A stretch of DNA of 64,000 nt from Myxococcales bacterium (GTDB taxonomy: Bacteria; Myxococcota_A; UBA9160; SMWR01): assembly GCA_022561775.1 (NCBI GenBank), contig JADFQO010000012.1:1018-65017 (forward strand), written 5' to 3'. The first letter of the stretch is position 1. The number at the start of each line of letters is the position of its first letter. Below the pieces are notes generated by a model. That model had not been told where the DNA came from, searched no databases, and was given only the letters and a program-made list of their open reading frames with translations. The position numbers and the translations under genes are program-made. This document shows positions 18,917-28,799 of the stretch, piece by piece.

Positions 18917-20334
18917 CTTCAGACTCGGCCCGCATCCTCGTCGTCGAAGACAACGATACCCTGCGGCGGGGCATCACCATCGCGCTTCGTGAACGTTGGG
19001 ACGATGTTCGAGAGGTCGCAAGTGGTGATGACGCGGTTGAGTGTATTTCCGACTCGCATTCCAATGCCTTCGACGTCATCGTCACCGACCTGCGGCTGCC
19101 GGGTTGCGACGGAGTTTCTGTTCTTCGCGCTGCGCGCGAAAGAGATCCCGGAACGAGCGTGCTGGTCATGACGGCTTACGGATCCATCGAAACCGCGGTC
19201 GAAGCCATGCGATCCGGGGCTTTCGATTTCGTCCAGAAGCCGCTGGATCTCGATCAGCTCGAACTCCGAGTGGCGCGTGGGGTTGATCACCGGCGACTGC
19301 TCTACGAGGTGACGGAGTTGCGGGCCGAGCAGGCCGCGCGCCAAGCGAGCGAACAGATCATCGGTAACAGCCTCGCCCTCCGCAGTGCCCTGGATCTCGC
19401 GAAGCGGGTGGCGCCAACGCGTTCGACGGTCTTGATCACTGGCGAGACGGGGACGGGCAAGGAATTGATCGCGGGATTGATCCACCGGACCTCTCCGCGG
19501 GCCGACGGGCCCCTCGTCAAGGTGAACTGCGCTGCGCTGCCTGAGACGCTGCTGGAGTCCGAACTCTTCGGTCACGAGCGCGGTGCGTTTACCGGAGCGG
19601 ATCGCCAGCGCATCGGCCGCTTCGAAGAGGCGAATGGCGGCACGCTCTTTCTCGATGAGGTGGGCGATACTTCGAACGCCACGCAGGCGAAGCTGCTCCG
19701 CGTGCTCCAGGAGCGGCGATTTCATCGGCTGGGGGGCAGTACCTTGTTGCGAACCGACGCGCGCATCATCTCGGCCACCAACCAGGATCTCGGCGCTCGG
19801 ATCGAGGAAGGTCTATTCCGCGAAGATCTCTATTTCCGCCTCAATGTGATCCGGATCCACCTTCCGCCGTTGCGCGAGCGGTCCGAGGATCTCGTCGACC
19901 TCGCCCACCACTTTCTCCGCGAGCTCAGCACCGAAATGAGCCATTCCATCCGTGGTTTTACCGAGGCGGCGCTGGCGAAAATCCGAAGTCACGATTGGCC
20001 GGGAAATGTTCGAGAGCTGCACAACACGCTCGAGCGAGCCGTCTTGATGGCCGAGGGCCCGCGAATCGACGCCGAAGATTTGTCGATCCTGGCTGGCCGA
20101 AGCGCGGGGGGCGGCCGTAGCTGGCGCCGGGAGCTGCCCGCCGAGGGAATCTCACTACGAGACGTCGAACGAGAACTCGTCATCGAAGCGCTGGAGCGAA
20201 CTGGATACGTGCAGAAGGACGCCGCCAAGCTGATCGGAGTGAGCCGGCGCAAGCTCAACTATATGATCCAGAAGATGGGGATCACGCATTCGGCTTGGCG
20301 CCGCAATCGAGACTTGGAGAGCGCCGGCGGGTAA
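18913..20334 (+). CDS. sigma-54-dependent response regulator (NtrC family), partner of the preceding kinase
   Basis: A GTG overlaps the kinase stop (GTGA). Receiver domain ([22 protein letters not shown]), [23 protein letters not shown], Fis HTH ([21 protein letters not shown]). Confidence 0.9.
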   Translation: MTSDSARILVVEDNDTLRRGITIALRERWDDVREVASGDDAVECISDSHSNAFDVIVTDLRLPGCDGVSVLRAARERDPGTSVLVMTAYGSIETAVEAMRSGAFDFVQKPLDLDQLELRVARGVDHRRLLYEVTELRAEQAARQASEQIIGNSLALRSALDLAKRVAPTRSTVLITGETGTGKELIAGLIHRTSPRADGPLVKVNCAALPETLLESELFGHERGAFTGADRQRIGRFEEANGGTLFLDEVGDTSNATQAKLLRVLQERRFHRLGGSTLLRTDARIISATNQDLGARIEEGLFREDLYFRLNVIRIHLPPLRERSEDLVDLAHHFLRELSTEMSHSIRGFTEAALAKIRSHDWPGNVRELHNTLERAVLMAEGPRIDAEDLSILAGRSAGGGRSWRRELPAEGISLRDVERELVIEALERTGYVQKDAAKLIGVSRRKLNYMIQKMGITHSAWRRNRDLESAGG

Positions 20335-20469
20335 GCGGCCCAGCGGGTGCCCGCGGATTCCGATACCCCTTGATTCCTCACCGTTTTGTCCGAACCTTAG
20401 GCGCCGGAGCAGGGTCTCAAAGCGAATTGCAGCACCCTACAGTACCCCCAGTCAACACGAGGTGGTCGA

Positions 20470-22926
20470 ATGCGACGCATCGTCACACGGATCTTGGTTC
20501 TCGCGGCTTGTTTTCTCGTACTGGGGGCGTGCCAGGACGACGCGGAGAAAGTCACGATGCACTTGAGCCGCGGCTCTGCGTATCAGGAGGCGAAGGATTA
20601 CCCGGCGGCGATCATCGAGTACAAGAACGTGCTGCAGATCGATCCGAACAATGCGGCTGCCCATTGGGGGCTCGCGATGGGGTACCTGGCCAGTCAGCAA
20701 ATTCCAGAGGGATTCTGGGAGCTCCGCGAAACCGTGCGCTTGGATCCGGACAACCACGACGCGCGCGCGCAGCTTTCGCAACTTCTGCTGCTGGGCGGCG
20801 ACCCCGATGAGGCACTCGCACAGGCCGAGGAACTGATCACCCGCGGCGGGGAGCGCGGGCATATCCACCGCGCACAAGCCCTCGATCGACTCGAGCGGAC
20901 CGATGAGGCGTTTGAGGAATACGAACTGGCCATTGCGGCCAGGCCGGACGAGACCGCAGCGGTCTTGGCCTACGCGCAGGCCCTGAGTCGGCACGGGGAC
21001 CGCGAGGCCGCCGAGCGCTACTTCCAGAAATTGGTCGAGATGGCCCCCAACGTCTCCAACCATACGTCGCTCGCGGCATTTCTCGCGCAGGACCGCGCCC
21101 GGGATGACGATACCGAGCAGGCTTTCCTGGATGCGGTGCGTCTCGCCGAAGCCGAAGACCAGGTTCGCGCCCATCAAAACGTGGCGAGTTTCTATTTTCA
21201 GCGCGAACGCTTCGACGAAGCCACCGTCTATCTCGATGGAGTGATCCCGAACGTCGAGGGGCCCATACCGCTGATCTACCTACTCGCGCGCCTTCACGCC
21301 GCCCAGGGCAACACCGAGAAAGCCGACGCGTTGATCGAAGAGGCGACCCAGGTCGACCCCACCGATCCCGTTCCCTATCTGACCCTTTCGGGACATTTGG
21401 GCCGCCAGGGAGATGTTGAGGGAGCCCTCGCGGCGGCCGAAAAGGCGCTCGAAATCGATCCGGATTTGACGGATGCGAAGCTTCGCGCGGCTGAAATCAT
21501 GGTCGACGTCGGCTATCGGGATGGCGACGAAGAGAAGATCCAACGCGGTCAGCAGATGGTCCAAGAGGTGCTGTCTGCTGAAATCCCGAACGCCAGCGCG
21601 CTGATGGTGATGGCGAAGATCGACCTCGCCCAGCAAAAGGTCGACGAGGCGATTGAAAATCTGCAGGCCGCGCTCGAGCTCGAACCGAACAATCCGCAGG
21701 CGCACTTCGTCCTCGGTACGGCGTTGTCCGCCAAGGGTGAGGGGACGGGGGCGCGTACCGAGCTCGCGCGCGCGCTCGAGATCGACCCGGGCATGCTCGA
21801 GGCGCGCCGCGTCCTGGCTCGGGTCCACGCTTCGCTAGGCGAGCACGAGTACGCGATCGAAGAAGCGCAACGCTATCTGGCTGCGAAGCCCGATTCGACG
21901 CAGACGCGAATCCTGCTGGCCCAGAGTATGGTGATCCTGCGTCGAATGGATGCGGCCATCAGCGAGCTGAACGCGATCCCCGAGGCCGAGCGCAACGCCG
22001 ACGTCCTCTACGCGCTGGGACGGGTTCATCTCGGTATGGGCAATGATCGAGCAGCTCGCCAATACCTGATCACGGCGAACGAGTTGATGCCGACCCATCA
22101 CGACATCTTGCGCAATTTGGTGCGGCTCGATCGAAAAGAGGACCGGTTTGCGGAATCGGTGGCTCGTGTCGAGGCCGCGATGGAGGCAGAACCCGAGAAC
22201 GCCAAGTTGCGCACGCTCTCGGGTCTCGTCGCGCTGATGGGTGACAGGCCCGATGATGCCGAGGCGGCCTTCCAGAAGGCGATCGAACTCGACCCGACGG
22301 ACGCCGCCGGCTACGAACAGCTGGCACGGCTCTACGCGAAGACCGACCGGCTCAATGAGGCGGTCACCACCTACGAAGCCGCCATCAAAGCGCGCCCCGA
22401 AGATCCGAACCTGCACTATTTCCTCGGAACCCTCTATTCGTTCGGAGGAGCACAGGACAAGGCGATCGAGCGCTACGAGGACGCGATCAAATACGGCCCG
22501 GACCTGGCCTATCCGAAGAACGATCTCGCCTACATCTACGCCGAAGCCGGCGAAAATCTCGAGCGCGCCCTGGAGCTTGCACAAGATGCCAAGGCCGCTC
22601 TGCCCGACGCCGCGACGGTGGCAGACACGCTCGGCTGGGTGCTCTACAAGCGCGGAATTCCGGGCGCAGCGATCAGCTATTTGAAGGAAGCCGTCGCCAA
22701 CTCAGACGGCGAAATCGCGGTTTCAGGCATCAGCCTTCACCATCTCGCTCAGGCCTACGAAGCAGACGGCGACCCCGACAAGGCGCGAGAGACCCTGCGG
22801 CGTGCGATCGCCGCGCTCGACGAAACCGCCGGGAAACAGCGGACGAGCGGGGAGCCGGTTCGTCCCGAGGCCTCCTGGGCGACGGAAATGCGGGCCATGC
22901 TGGCCCGCCTCGAGCGCAGCGGCTGA
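20470..22926 (+). CDS. large TPR-repeat lipoprotein (PrsT-like, PEP-CTERM system type)
   Basis: Lipobox LVLGAC. 818 aa of consecutive TPR units (A..Y..AL..DP.N..A repeats) following the HK/sigma-54 regulator pair, as in exosortase loci. Confidence 0.8.
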   Translation: MRRIVTRILVLAACFLVLGACQDDAEKVTMHLSRGSAYQEAKDYPAAIIEYKNVLQIDPNNAAAHWGLAMGYLASQQIPEGFWELRETVRLDPDNHDARAQLSQLLLLGGDPDEALAQAEELITRGGERGHIHRAQALDRLERTDEAFEEYELAIAARPDETAAVLAYAQALSRHGDREAAERYFQKLVEMAPNVSNHTSLAAFLAQDRARDDDTEQAFLDAVRLAEAEDQVRAHQNVASFYFQRERFDEATVYLDGVIPNVEGPIPLIYLLARLHAAQGNTEKADALIEEATQVDPTDPVPYLTLSGHLGRQGDVEGALAAAEKALEIDPDLTDAKLRAAEIMVDVGYRDGDEEKIQRGQQMVQEVLSAEIPNASALMVMAKIDLAQQKVDEAIENLQAALELEPNNPQAHFVLGTALSAKGEGTGARTELARALEIDPGMLEARRVLARVHASLGEHEYAIEEAQRYLAAKPDSTQTRILLAQSMVILRRMDAAISELNAIPEAERNADVLYALGRVHLGMGNDRAARQYLITANELMPTHHDILRNLVRLDRKEDRFAESVARVEAAMEAEPENAKLRTLSGLVALMGDRPDDAEAAFQKAIELDPTDAAGYEQLARLYAKTDRLNEAVTTYEAAIKARPEDPNLHYFLGTLYSFGGAQDKAIERYEDAIKYGPDLAYPKNDLAYIYAEAGENLERALELAQDAKAALPDAATVADTLGWVLYKRGIPGAAISYLKEAVANSDGEIAVSGISLHHLAQAYEADGDPDKARETLRRAIAALDETAGKQRTSGEPVRPEASWATEMRAMLARLERSG

Positions 22927-23081
22927 TCCCAACCCGACACCAGCTTCGATCTCAAGCCCCCCGGCCGCGCGGTCGATACGGGCACGTCTACGTGCGTCGC
23001 ACGGCCGATCCGCGAGAGTGGCCCCGCGGGGAAGCGGTACGCCGTGGCCCACGACCCAACGTCGTCGTTTGGAGGGATGCG

Positions 23082-24665
23082 ATGAAAACCGGACTGCTCA
23101 CACTCTTGGCTGTGGCGATTTCGGCAGCGCTCGCTGCGGGGAGCCTGTACGCGAGCGAAACTTCGACCCTGAACGCGGATGCGGCGGAGACCGCAGACAG
23201 GCAGGCTGACGCCGAGCCGATGCCGGCAGCAGCGGCGCCGGCTCCAGAGTCGCCCGCCGCAGATCAGGCGGCGGCGGAGGAAGGTGAGAGCGTCGAAACG
23301 GCAGAATCCGTTGACACGGCGGACACCGTTGAAACGGCAGAAACCGTTGAAACGGCGGACACCGTTGAGACAGCAGAATCCGTTGACACAGCCGAACCCG
23401 TTGAAACGGCAGAATCCGTTGAAACGGCAGAATCCGTTGTAACGGCAGAAACGCCGCAAATCGAGGAGGCCGCCGAAAGTGACGCGGCTGCTGCAGCCGA
23501 TTCGGCAGCCGCAGCGAACGACGACGGAGCGATCGATCCCGAACTCCCGGGCTCCACCGACGAAATCGAGAACGCGGGGGCACTCGCTGAAACCAACGCA
23601 GGCCCCGAGAGCGAGGTCGCGAGTTCAGACGCCCAGCCGACCCGGAAGATCGCACTCGGAGAAATTGGCTACGACGAGCAGGGCCGGTCCGGCAGGATCC
23701 ACGTGGTCGTTCCTGGCGACACACTCTGGGATATCTCCGACGCCTACCTCGGGACTCCGTGGGTGTGGCCGTCGGTCTGGACCGACAATCGCGATATCGA
23801 GAATCCGCATTTCATCGTTCCCGGCGACCGTATCTGGATCACTGCCAATCACATGCGCCGCGTGAGCCCCGAAGAGGCGGAGCGGCTTCTCGCCGGTCGA
23901 CCCAGGGCGGCCGATGGCGACGAGGCAACCACCGGCCCCGCCTCCGACAGCTTCCAGTCGTTGTTGCGGGACGAGGGTCGGTCGAACAGCGTGCGCGTCA
24001 GCTCGGCTGAGACGACTGGCCTGATCAGCGCGGAGCAACTCGAAGCCGCGGCGAGCATCGTCGATGCCGTTTCCGACCGCGTCATGCTCAGCCAGGGCGA
24101 TCAGGTGTACATCGGCCTCGGCGAGCAGGAGGTGTCGGTCGGTGATCAGTTCACGATCTTCAGAACCCAGGAGAAGGTCTTCGATTTGGACAGCAATCGA
24201 TTGCTGGGTTACCACGTCAACCTGCTCGGTTGGGTCGAGGTCGAAGAGACCGACGCCGAGGCGTCGTTGGCGAAGATTCGGATGTCCGCCAGCGAGATGG
24301 AACGCGGCGATCGCGTCATGCCGCGCGAACCCCCGATTCTCGACATCGAGGTGGCGGCCAGCCCCAAGAATGTCGATGGACGGATCAGCTTCTTTCCGTT
24401 TAGTCGCGTGCTGATGGGAACTGCCGACTACGTCTATCTGAATCGAGGAGAACTCGACGGTCTCCAGGTGGGCAGCCCCCTCGAGGTCTATCGAACCGGT
24501 TGGCAAGCCCCTGAGCCCGCCCGAAATACCCGGGTCGAGGTGCCCGATCGCGTGGTCGCACAACTTCTCGTCGTGCGCGCGCGCCGCCAGTCAGCGGTTG
24601 CGTTGGTCCGGCATACGGAGACCGAACTGGAGCTGGGCGACCGCTTCCGAGGCGCGGTGGAGTAG
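23082..24665 (+). CDS. secreted LysM-domain protein (TsaP-like) with an acidic repeat insert
   Basis: Signal peptide MKTGLLTLLAVAISAALAAGSLYA (RBS GGAGGG). LysM HVVVPGDTLWDISDAYLGTPWVWPSVW..N..I.NP.FI.PGD.IWI. A C-terminal beta-rich domain and a position next to dprA, as seen for TsaP-type proteins. Confidence 0.8.
   Translation: MKTGLLTLLAVAISAALAAGSLYASETSTLNADAAETADRQADAEPMPAAAAPAPESPAADQAAAEEGESVETAESVDTADTVETAETVETADTVETAESVDTAEPVETAESVETAESVVTAETPQIEEAAESDAAAAADSAAAANDDGAIDPELPGSTDEIENAGALAETNAGPESEVASSDAQPTRKIALGEIGYDEQGRSGRIHVVVPGDTLWDISDAYLGTPWVWPSVWTDNRDIENPHFIVPGDRIWITANHMRRVSPEEAERLLAGRPRAADGDEATTGPASDSFQSLLRDEGRSNSVRVSSAETTGLISAEQLEAAASIVDAVSDRVMLSQGDQVYIGLGEQEVSVGDQFTIFRTQEKVFDLDSNRLLGYHVNLLGWVEVEETDAEASLAKIRMSASEMERGDRVMPREPPILDIEVAASPKNVDGRISFFPFSRVLMGTADYVYLNRGELDGLQVGSPLEVYRTGWQAPEPARNTRVEVPDRVVAQLLVVRARRQSAVALVRHTETELELGDRFRGAVE
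23286..23447 (+). repeat. in-frame tandem repeat, 9 x 18 bp (hexapeptide E/D-S/T/P-V-E/D/V-T-A)
   Basis: The read runs GAGAGCGTCGAAACGGCA / GAATCCGTTGACACGGCG / GACACCGTTGAAACGGCA ... GAATCCGTTGTAACGGCA. It encodes ESVETA ESVDTA DTVETA ETVETA DTVETA ESVDTA EPVETA ESVETA ESVVTA. Confidence 0.95.
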
Positions 24666-24732
24666 CGCCAGGAGCGCCATCCCCAACGCAGCGCGCGCTG
24701 GATTTGCGAGCGCGGCGCCGCACGAGCTATGC

Positions 24733-25854
24733 ATGGGCTCCCCGGTCCCGGGGAGTTCCCGTTTGTCCTCGGATTACACACCGGACATCCTCGATCCCGC
24801 CGACCCCCATCCCGCTTCCAAAACCGCGCTCGGCGACTGGCTAGCGTTCCAGCGCGCGCTCGGACTCAAACCCCAAACGGCAGTCGAGCTGCTGCGGAAG
24901 CACCGGCATCCCGCACTCGCCCTGGCTGCGTCTGGCGTCGCGACGTCATTCGATCGAAACGCCGAGATTGCAGCCCTGCTGCGGGTCGGTGCCGTGGCTG
25001 TGCCGTTGCATTCAGCCGCGTATCCAGCGCGCCTTGCGTGCGTCTCCGACCCGGCTCCGCTGCTGCTGGTGCGCGGCGACGTTTGCGCCCTGTCCGACCT
25101 CTCGGTCGCGATCGTCGGGGCGCGCGCGGCGACGGTATACGGGAAGCAGATCGCTCGTGGCCTGGCCGCCGATCTCGCCCGAGAGGGCGTCGTCATCGTG
25201 TCGGGCCTCGCGCGTGGGATCGATGCGGAGGCCCATCGGGGCGCCCTCGAGGCGGGCGGGCGGACGGTCGCCTTCCAGGCGTGCGGCATCGATCGCATCT
25301 ATCCCCGGGAACACCGGGCGCTCGCCGACCAGATCGCTGCAAACGGGGCGGTCGTGACCGAGTTGCCGCTCGGCGAGCCTCCGTTGCGAGCGTATTTCCC
25401 GCTCCGGAATCGATTGATCAGCGGCCTGTCCGCCGCGGTCGTGGTCGTGGAGGCCCGGGAGCGAAGCGGATCGCTGACCACCGCCAATCACGCAGCCAAT
25501 CAGGGTCGAGATGTCTTTGCGGTGCCGGGCCCGATCACGGCTCCGACGAGCGTCGGGACCAACCGGCTGATCCGCGACGGCGCCCACGTGGTGCTGGGCG
25601 CGGATGAGATTTGCAGTGAACTCGGCTTACTCCGAGGGCCGCGCTCTCCTCCGCGGGCCGCTTGCGACCTCTCGGGGCTCTCCCGTGAGATTCTCAGCGC
25701 GCTTGCCGACGCTCCCGCCTCCCGCGACGAGTTGGCGCGTAGACTGGGCCGCGAGCCCGCCGAGTTCGCCCTCGAATTGGTCGAACTCGAGCTCGCGAAT
25801 CGAATCGCCGAGGACCGCGACGGCCGTCTGCAGATCGTCTCTCGACTCGGATGA
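24733..25854 (+). CDS. dprA: DNA-processing protein DprA (Smf)
   Basis: VAIVGARAATVYG, SGLARGIDAEAHRGALEAGGRTVAFQACGIDRIYPREH, FPLRNRLISGLS, SGSLTTA. The ATG was chosen after the upstream stop at 24665. Confidence 0.88.
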   Translation: MGSPVPGSSRLSSDYTPDILDPADPHPASKTALGDWLAFQRALGLKPQTAVELLRKHRHPALALAASGVATSFDRNAEIAALLRVGAVAVPLHSAAYPARLACVSDPAPLLLVRGDVCALSDLSVAIVGARAATVYGKQIARGLAADLAREGVVIVSGLARGIDAEAHRGALEAGGRTVAFQACGIDRIYPREHRALADQIAANGAVVTELPLGEPPLRAYFPLRNRLISGLSAAVVVVEARERSGSLTTANHAANQGRDVFAVPGPITAPTSVGTNRLIRDGAHVVLGADEICSELGLLRGPRSPPRAACDLSGLSREILSALADAPASRDELARRLGREPAEFALELVELELANRIAEDRDGRLQIVSRLG

Positions 25855-25902
25855 GCCGAGGCCGGCTCGCCCGGATGACGCCGGGGAGATCCCAAGGGGC
25901 TC

Positions 25903-26286
25903 ATGCGCCGCCCCGGCTCGGACGATGAGTCGACTGGCTGTTGGTTCCTGGGGGGTGCAGTGCCTGCATTTGCCGAAAAGCGTCGCCACGATCGGGTCAC
26001 CACGGCCTTGAACGCCCACTACTCGTCGGGCCCCGAAGAGGGAATCGGTGTTCTCGCGAACATCTCCTACTCGGGTGCCCTGATCGAGGATTCCTCGGTA
26101 CGACCCAGCGTGGGTTCCAGGGTGCGCATCTACGTTTTCGTCGAGCCCGTAGATCCGATCGCGCCCGCGAGTCCGTACCAACTGGTGGGGCGGGTCGTCC
26201 GACACAGTTCCTCCGGCTTCGCGATCGAATACGAGGACACCGATCCCGAGATGCGCCAGTTGGTCGACGAGGCGGCGGCTTCCTAA
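25903..26286 (+). CDS. stand-alone PilZ-domain protein (putative c-di-GMP receptor)
   Basis: EKRRHDRV (RxxxR) followed by VLANISYSGALIE (D/NxSxxG). 127 aa. Confidence 0.7.
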   Translation: MRRPGSDDESTGCWFLGGAVPAFAEKRRHDRVTTALNAHYSSGPEEGIGVLANISYSGALIEDSSVRPSVGSRVRIYVFVEPVDPIAPASPYQLVGRVVRHSSSGFAIEYEDTDPEMRQLVDEAAAS

Positions 26287-26487
26287 AACTGATCTCCGCC
26301 CCGGCACTTTTCCTCGCCCGCGCGATCCAAGACGCGCAACCCGACTGCTTCCCCGCCGAGGCGGGGCGCGAGGGCCCAGGTCGCCCGCGACTTGAATCTC
26401 CACCCGCATTTCGATGCTTCGCGAAAGCTCCGGCACGCCTCGGCAGCGCTTCGGAGCTATGGTTGGGATTCGCTTCGGGGAGGGTGC

Positions 26488-27852
26488 ATGGCGGCGGTGG
26501 GTGTCGCGAGAGCTACGGGGACGCAAGCCGGGCGCGTCGCCGTGGTCGGCGCTGGGCTCGCGGGCTGCGAGGCGGCTTGGCAGGCGGCGCGGCGCGGCAT
26601 GGACGTCACCCTCTACGAGATGAAGCCCGTGCGGTTTTCTCCCGCCCACCAATCCGAGGGATTCGCCGAGCTGGTCTGCAGCAATTCGCTCCGCTCCAAC
26701 TTCCAGGTCAACGCCGTCGGATTGCTCAAGGAGGAAATGCGTCGGCTAGGGTCGCTCGTATTGGAAGCTGCCGATGAGTCCGCGATTCCCGCGGGACGAG
26801 CCCTCGCCGTCGATCGAGATGCCTTTTCACGCCGCATCACCGACACCATCCAATCCCATCCGCGCATCGAGATTCGCCACGAAGTCGTCGAGCGCATTCC
26901 GATCGACGGGCGCGTAATTCTCGCAACGGGTCCGCTCACAGCCTGCGAACTCGCGCGCGATCTACAGCAGCTTCTAGGCGACGAGCATCTGTATTTCTAC
27001 GACGCGCAGGCGCCGATCCTGTACGCTGATTCGATCGACCACGAGATCGTTTTCCGGGCGTCCCGCTACGACGAGGGTGACGGCGACTACCTCAACATTC
27101 CGCTCTCCGAGGACGAGTACTTCGATTTTGTCGGCGCTCTGCTGGGGGCCGAGGCGGTGCCGCTTCATCCCTTCGAGGCGAAGCTGTATTTCGAAGGTTG
27201 CCTCCCGATCGAGGAAATGGCGCGCCGCGGCGAAAAGACCCTGGCCTTTGGCCCACTCAAGCCCGTCGGCCTGATCGATCCGCGAACCGGCCGGAGGCCC
27301 TACGCGGTCGTTCAGCTGCGCCAAGAGGACAAGCGTGGGGTGCTCTACAACTTCGTCGGATGTCAGACGAAGCTCCGCATCGGAGAGCAGCAGCGCATTT
27401 TCCGCAGCCTCCCCGGATTATCCGAGGCCGTTTTCGCGCGCTACGGCTCGGTTCATCGCAATACCTATGTCAACGCCCCGAAGCAGCTGAAGCGAAGCCT
27501 GGAGGTTCGCCGCCGGCCGGGCCTCTATCTGGCCGGGCAGATGGCTGGCGTGGAGGGCTACGTCGAGTCGGCGGCGCTCGGCTTTCTGGCAGCGCTCAAC
27601 GTCGTGTTCGAGTCGCGCGGCCGGGCGCCGATGCTTCCCGACGCCGCAACCGCCCACGGCGCGTTGATCCATTACCTCAGCGACGCGGATCCGCGGGATT
27701 TCCAGCCGATGAACGTCAATTTCGGCCTGTTCCCCCCGCTCGAAGGGGAGCCTCGCCGCATTCGCAGGCGCGAAAAGTCAGAGAAGCTCGCCGCTCGTGC
27801 GCTCGATGCCCTGGCCCCCTACCAACGGGCGACCGCGGAGTTGCTCGAATGA
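26488..27852 (+). CDS. trmFO: methylenetetrahydrofolate--tRNA-(uracil-5-)-methyltransferase
   Basis: VAVVGAGLAGCEAAWQAARRG, ELVCSNSLRS, YLAGQMAGVEGYVESAALG, NVNFGLFPPL. Confidence 0.92.
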   Translation: MAAVGVARATGTQAGRVAVVGAGLAGCEAAWQAARRGMDVTLYEMKPVRFSPAHQSEGFAELVCSNSLRSNFQVNAVGLLKEEMRRLGSLVLEAADESAIPAGRALAVDRDAFSRRITDTIQSHPRIEIRHEVVERIPIDGRVILATGPLTACELARDLQQLLGDEHLYFYDAQAPILYADSIDHEIVFRASRYDEGDGDYLNIPLSEDEYFDFVGALLGAEAVPLHPFEAKLYFEGCLPIEEMARRGEKTLAFGPLKPVGLIDPRTGRRPYAVVQLRQEDKRGVLYNFVGCQTKLRIGEQQRIFRSLPGLSEAVFARYGSVHRNTYVNAPKQLKRSLEVRRRPGLYLAGQMAGVEGYVESAALGFLAALNVVFESRGRAPMLPDAATAHGALIHYLSDADPRDFQPMNVNFGLFPPLEGEPRRIRRREKSEKLAARALDALAPYQRATAELLE

Positions 27853-28799
27853 ATTTTGCCGATGCAATTCGCGAGTATGGGATCCACCTGGATGTGGAGC
27901 GCAACGTCTCACCCCATACCCGGCGCGCCTATCTCTCTGATGTTCGTCAGTTCGTCGATCGCTTGGACGCGAGACGCAACCCGTCGACTGTGACTGCAGC
28001 AGATGTTCGCGCGTTTCTCGCTGCTCTTCACGCTGCGTGTCACCCCTCGACACTCGGTCGGAAACTCGCTTCGCTGCGCTCCTTTTTCCGCTTTTTGCTG
28101 CGCGAAGGCGGCTGTCGGCTCGATCCGACGGCCGGCATTCCCGCACCCCGCCAACCCAAGCGGCTGCCGAACCCGCTGCCGGTGGACGACTGCGTGGCGC
28201 TCATCGAGTCGCCCGATTCCGATCCCCGCGGCGAACGCTCGGATCGGGGGCGACTGCGCGATCGCGCGTTGGTGGAGCTTCTCTACGGGGCGGGTCTACG
28301 GGTCGGTGAAACCTCCGCTCTCGACGTCCGCGACGTGGATCTTCACCGGGGCGAGGTGCGGGTCATGGGCAAGGGCGGCAAGGAGCGGGTGGTGCCACTA
28401 CCGGCTGCGGCCCGAGAATCGCTCGGCGAGTATCTCGACTCTCGGCGGGCTCCCGGCATTCTCGCCGAGCCTTTGTTCCCGTCGCTCCGGCCGCGAGATG
28501 GCCGCGCGCGCCGGCTCGGAACGCGCGACATTCGCCGGATCCTCAAGGCGCGGGCACGGCGGGTCGGCATCGCGGATCGGGTGCACCCTCACCGACTCCG
28601 GCACAGCTACGCGACGCATCTTCTCGACATGGGTGCGGATCTCCGAGAGATTCAAGAGCTGCTCGGCCACGCCAGCCTGTCGACCACCGAGAAGTACACC
28701 GCGGTTTCGGCGCAGCGCCTGATCGAGGTCTACGACCAAGCGCATCCGAGAGCGCAGTCGAAATCAGCTGGATTCAGCAGAAAGCGAGGTAGGCCATGA
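27849..28799 (+). CDS. xerC: tyrosine recombinase XerC/XerD
   Basis: N-terminal SAM-like domain (VSPHTRRAYLSDVRQF). Catalytic residues in ELLYGAGLRVGE, HRLRHSYATHLL, LLGHASLSTTEKYT. The ATG overlaps the trmFO stop. Confidence 0.9.
   Translation: MNFADAIREYGIHLDVERNVSPHTRRAYLSDVRQFVDRLDARRNPSTVTAADVRAFLAALHAACHPSTLGRKLASLRSFFRFLLREGGCRLDPTAGIPAPRQPKRLPNPLPVDDCVALIESPDSDPRGERSDRGRLRDRALVELLYGAGLRVGETSALDVRDVDLHRGEVRVMGKGGKERVVPLPAAARESLGEYLDSRRAPGILAEPLFPSLRPRDGRARRLGTRDIRRILKARARRVGIADRVHPHRLRHSYATHLLDMGADLREIQELLGHASLSTTEKYTAVSAQRLIEVYDQAHPRAQSKSAGFSRKRGRP

Noticed and set aside
1-24665. Search for PEP-CTERM substrate genes (C-terminal VPEP + TM + Arg cluster) in the EPS locus
   Set aside because: None of the credible ORFs ends with such a sorting signal. 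Substrates are presumably encoded elsewhere, so no such feature is reported.
27198-27848. N-terminal extension of the xerC ORF (track ORF 27198..28799)
   Set aside because: It overlaps trmFO in another frame and is Arg/Pro-rich. XerC homology begins at MNFADAIREYG (ATG 27849).
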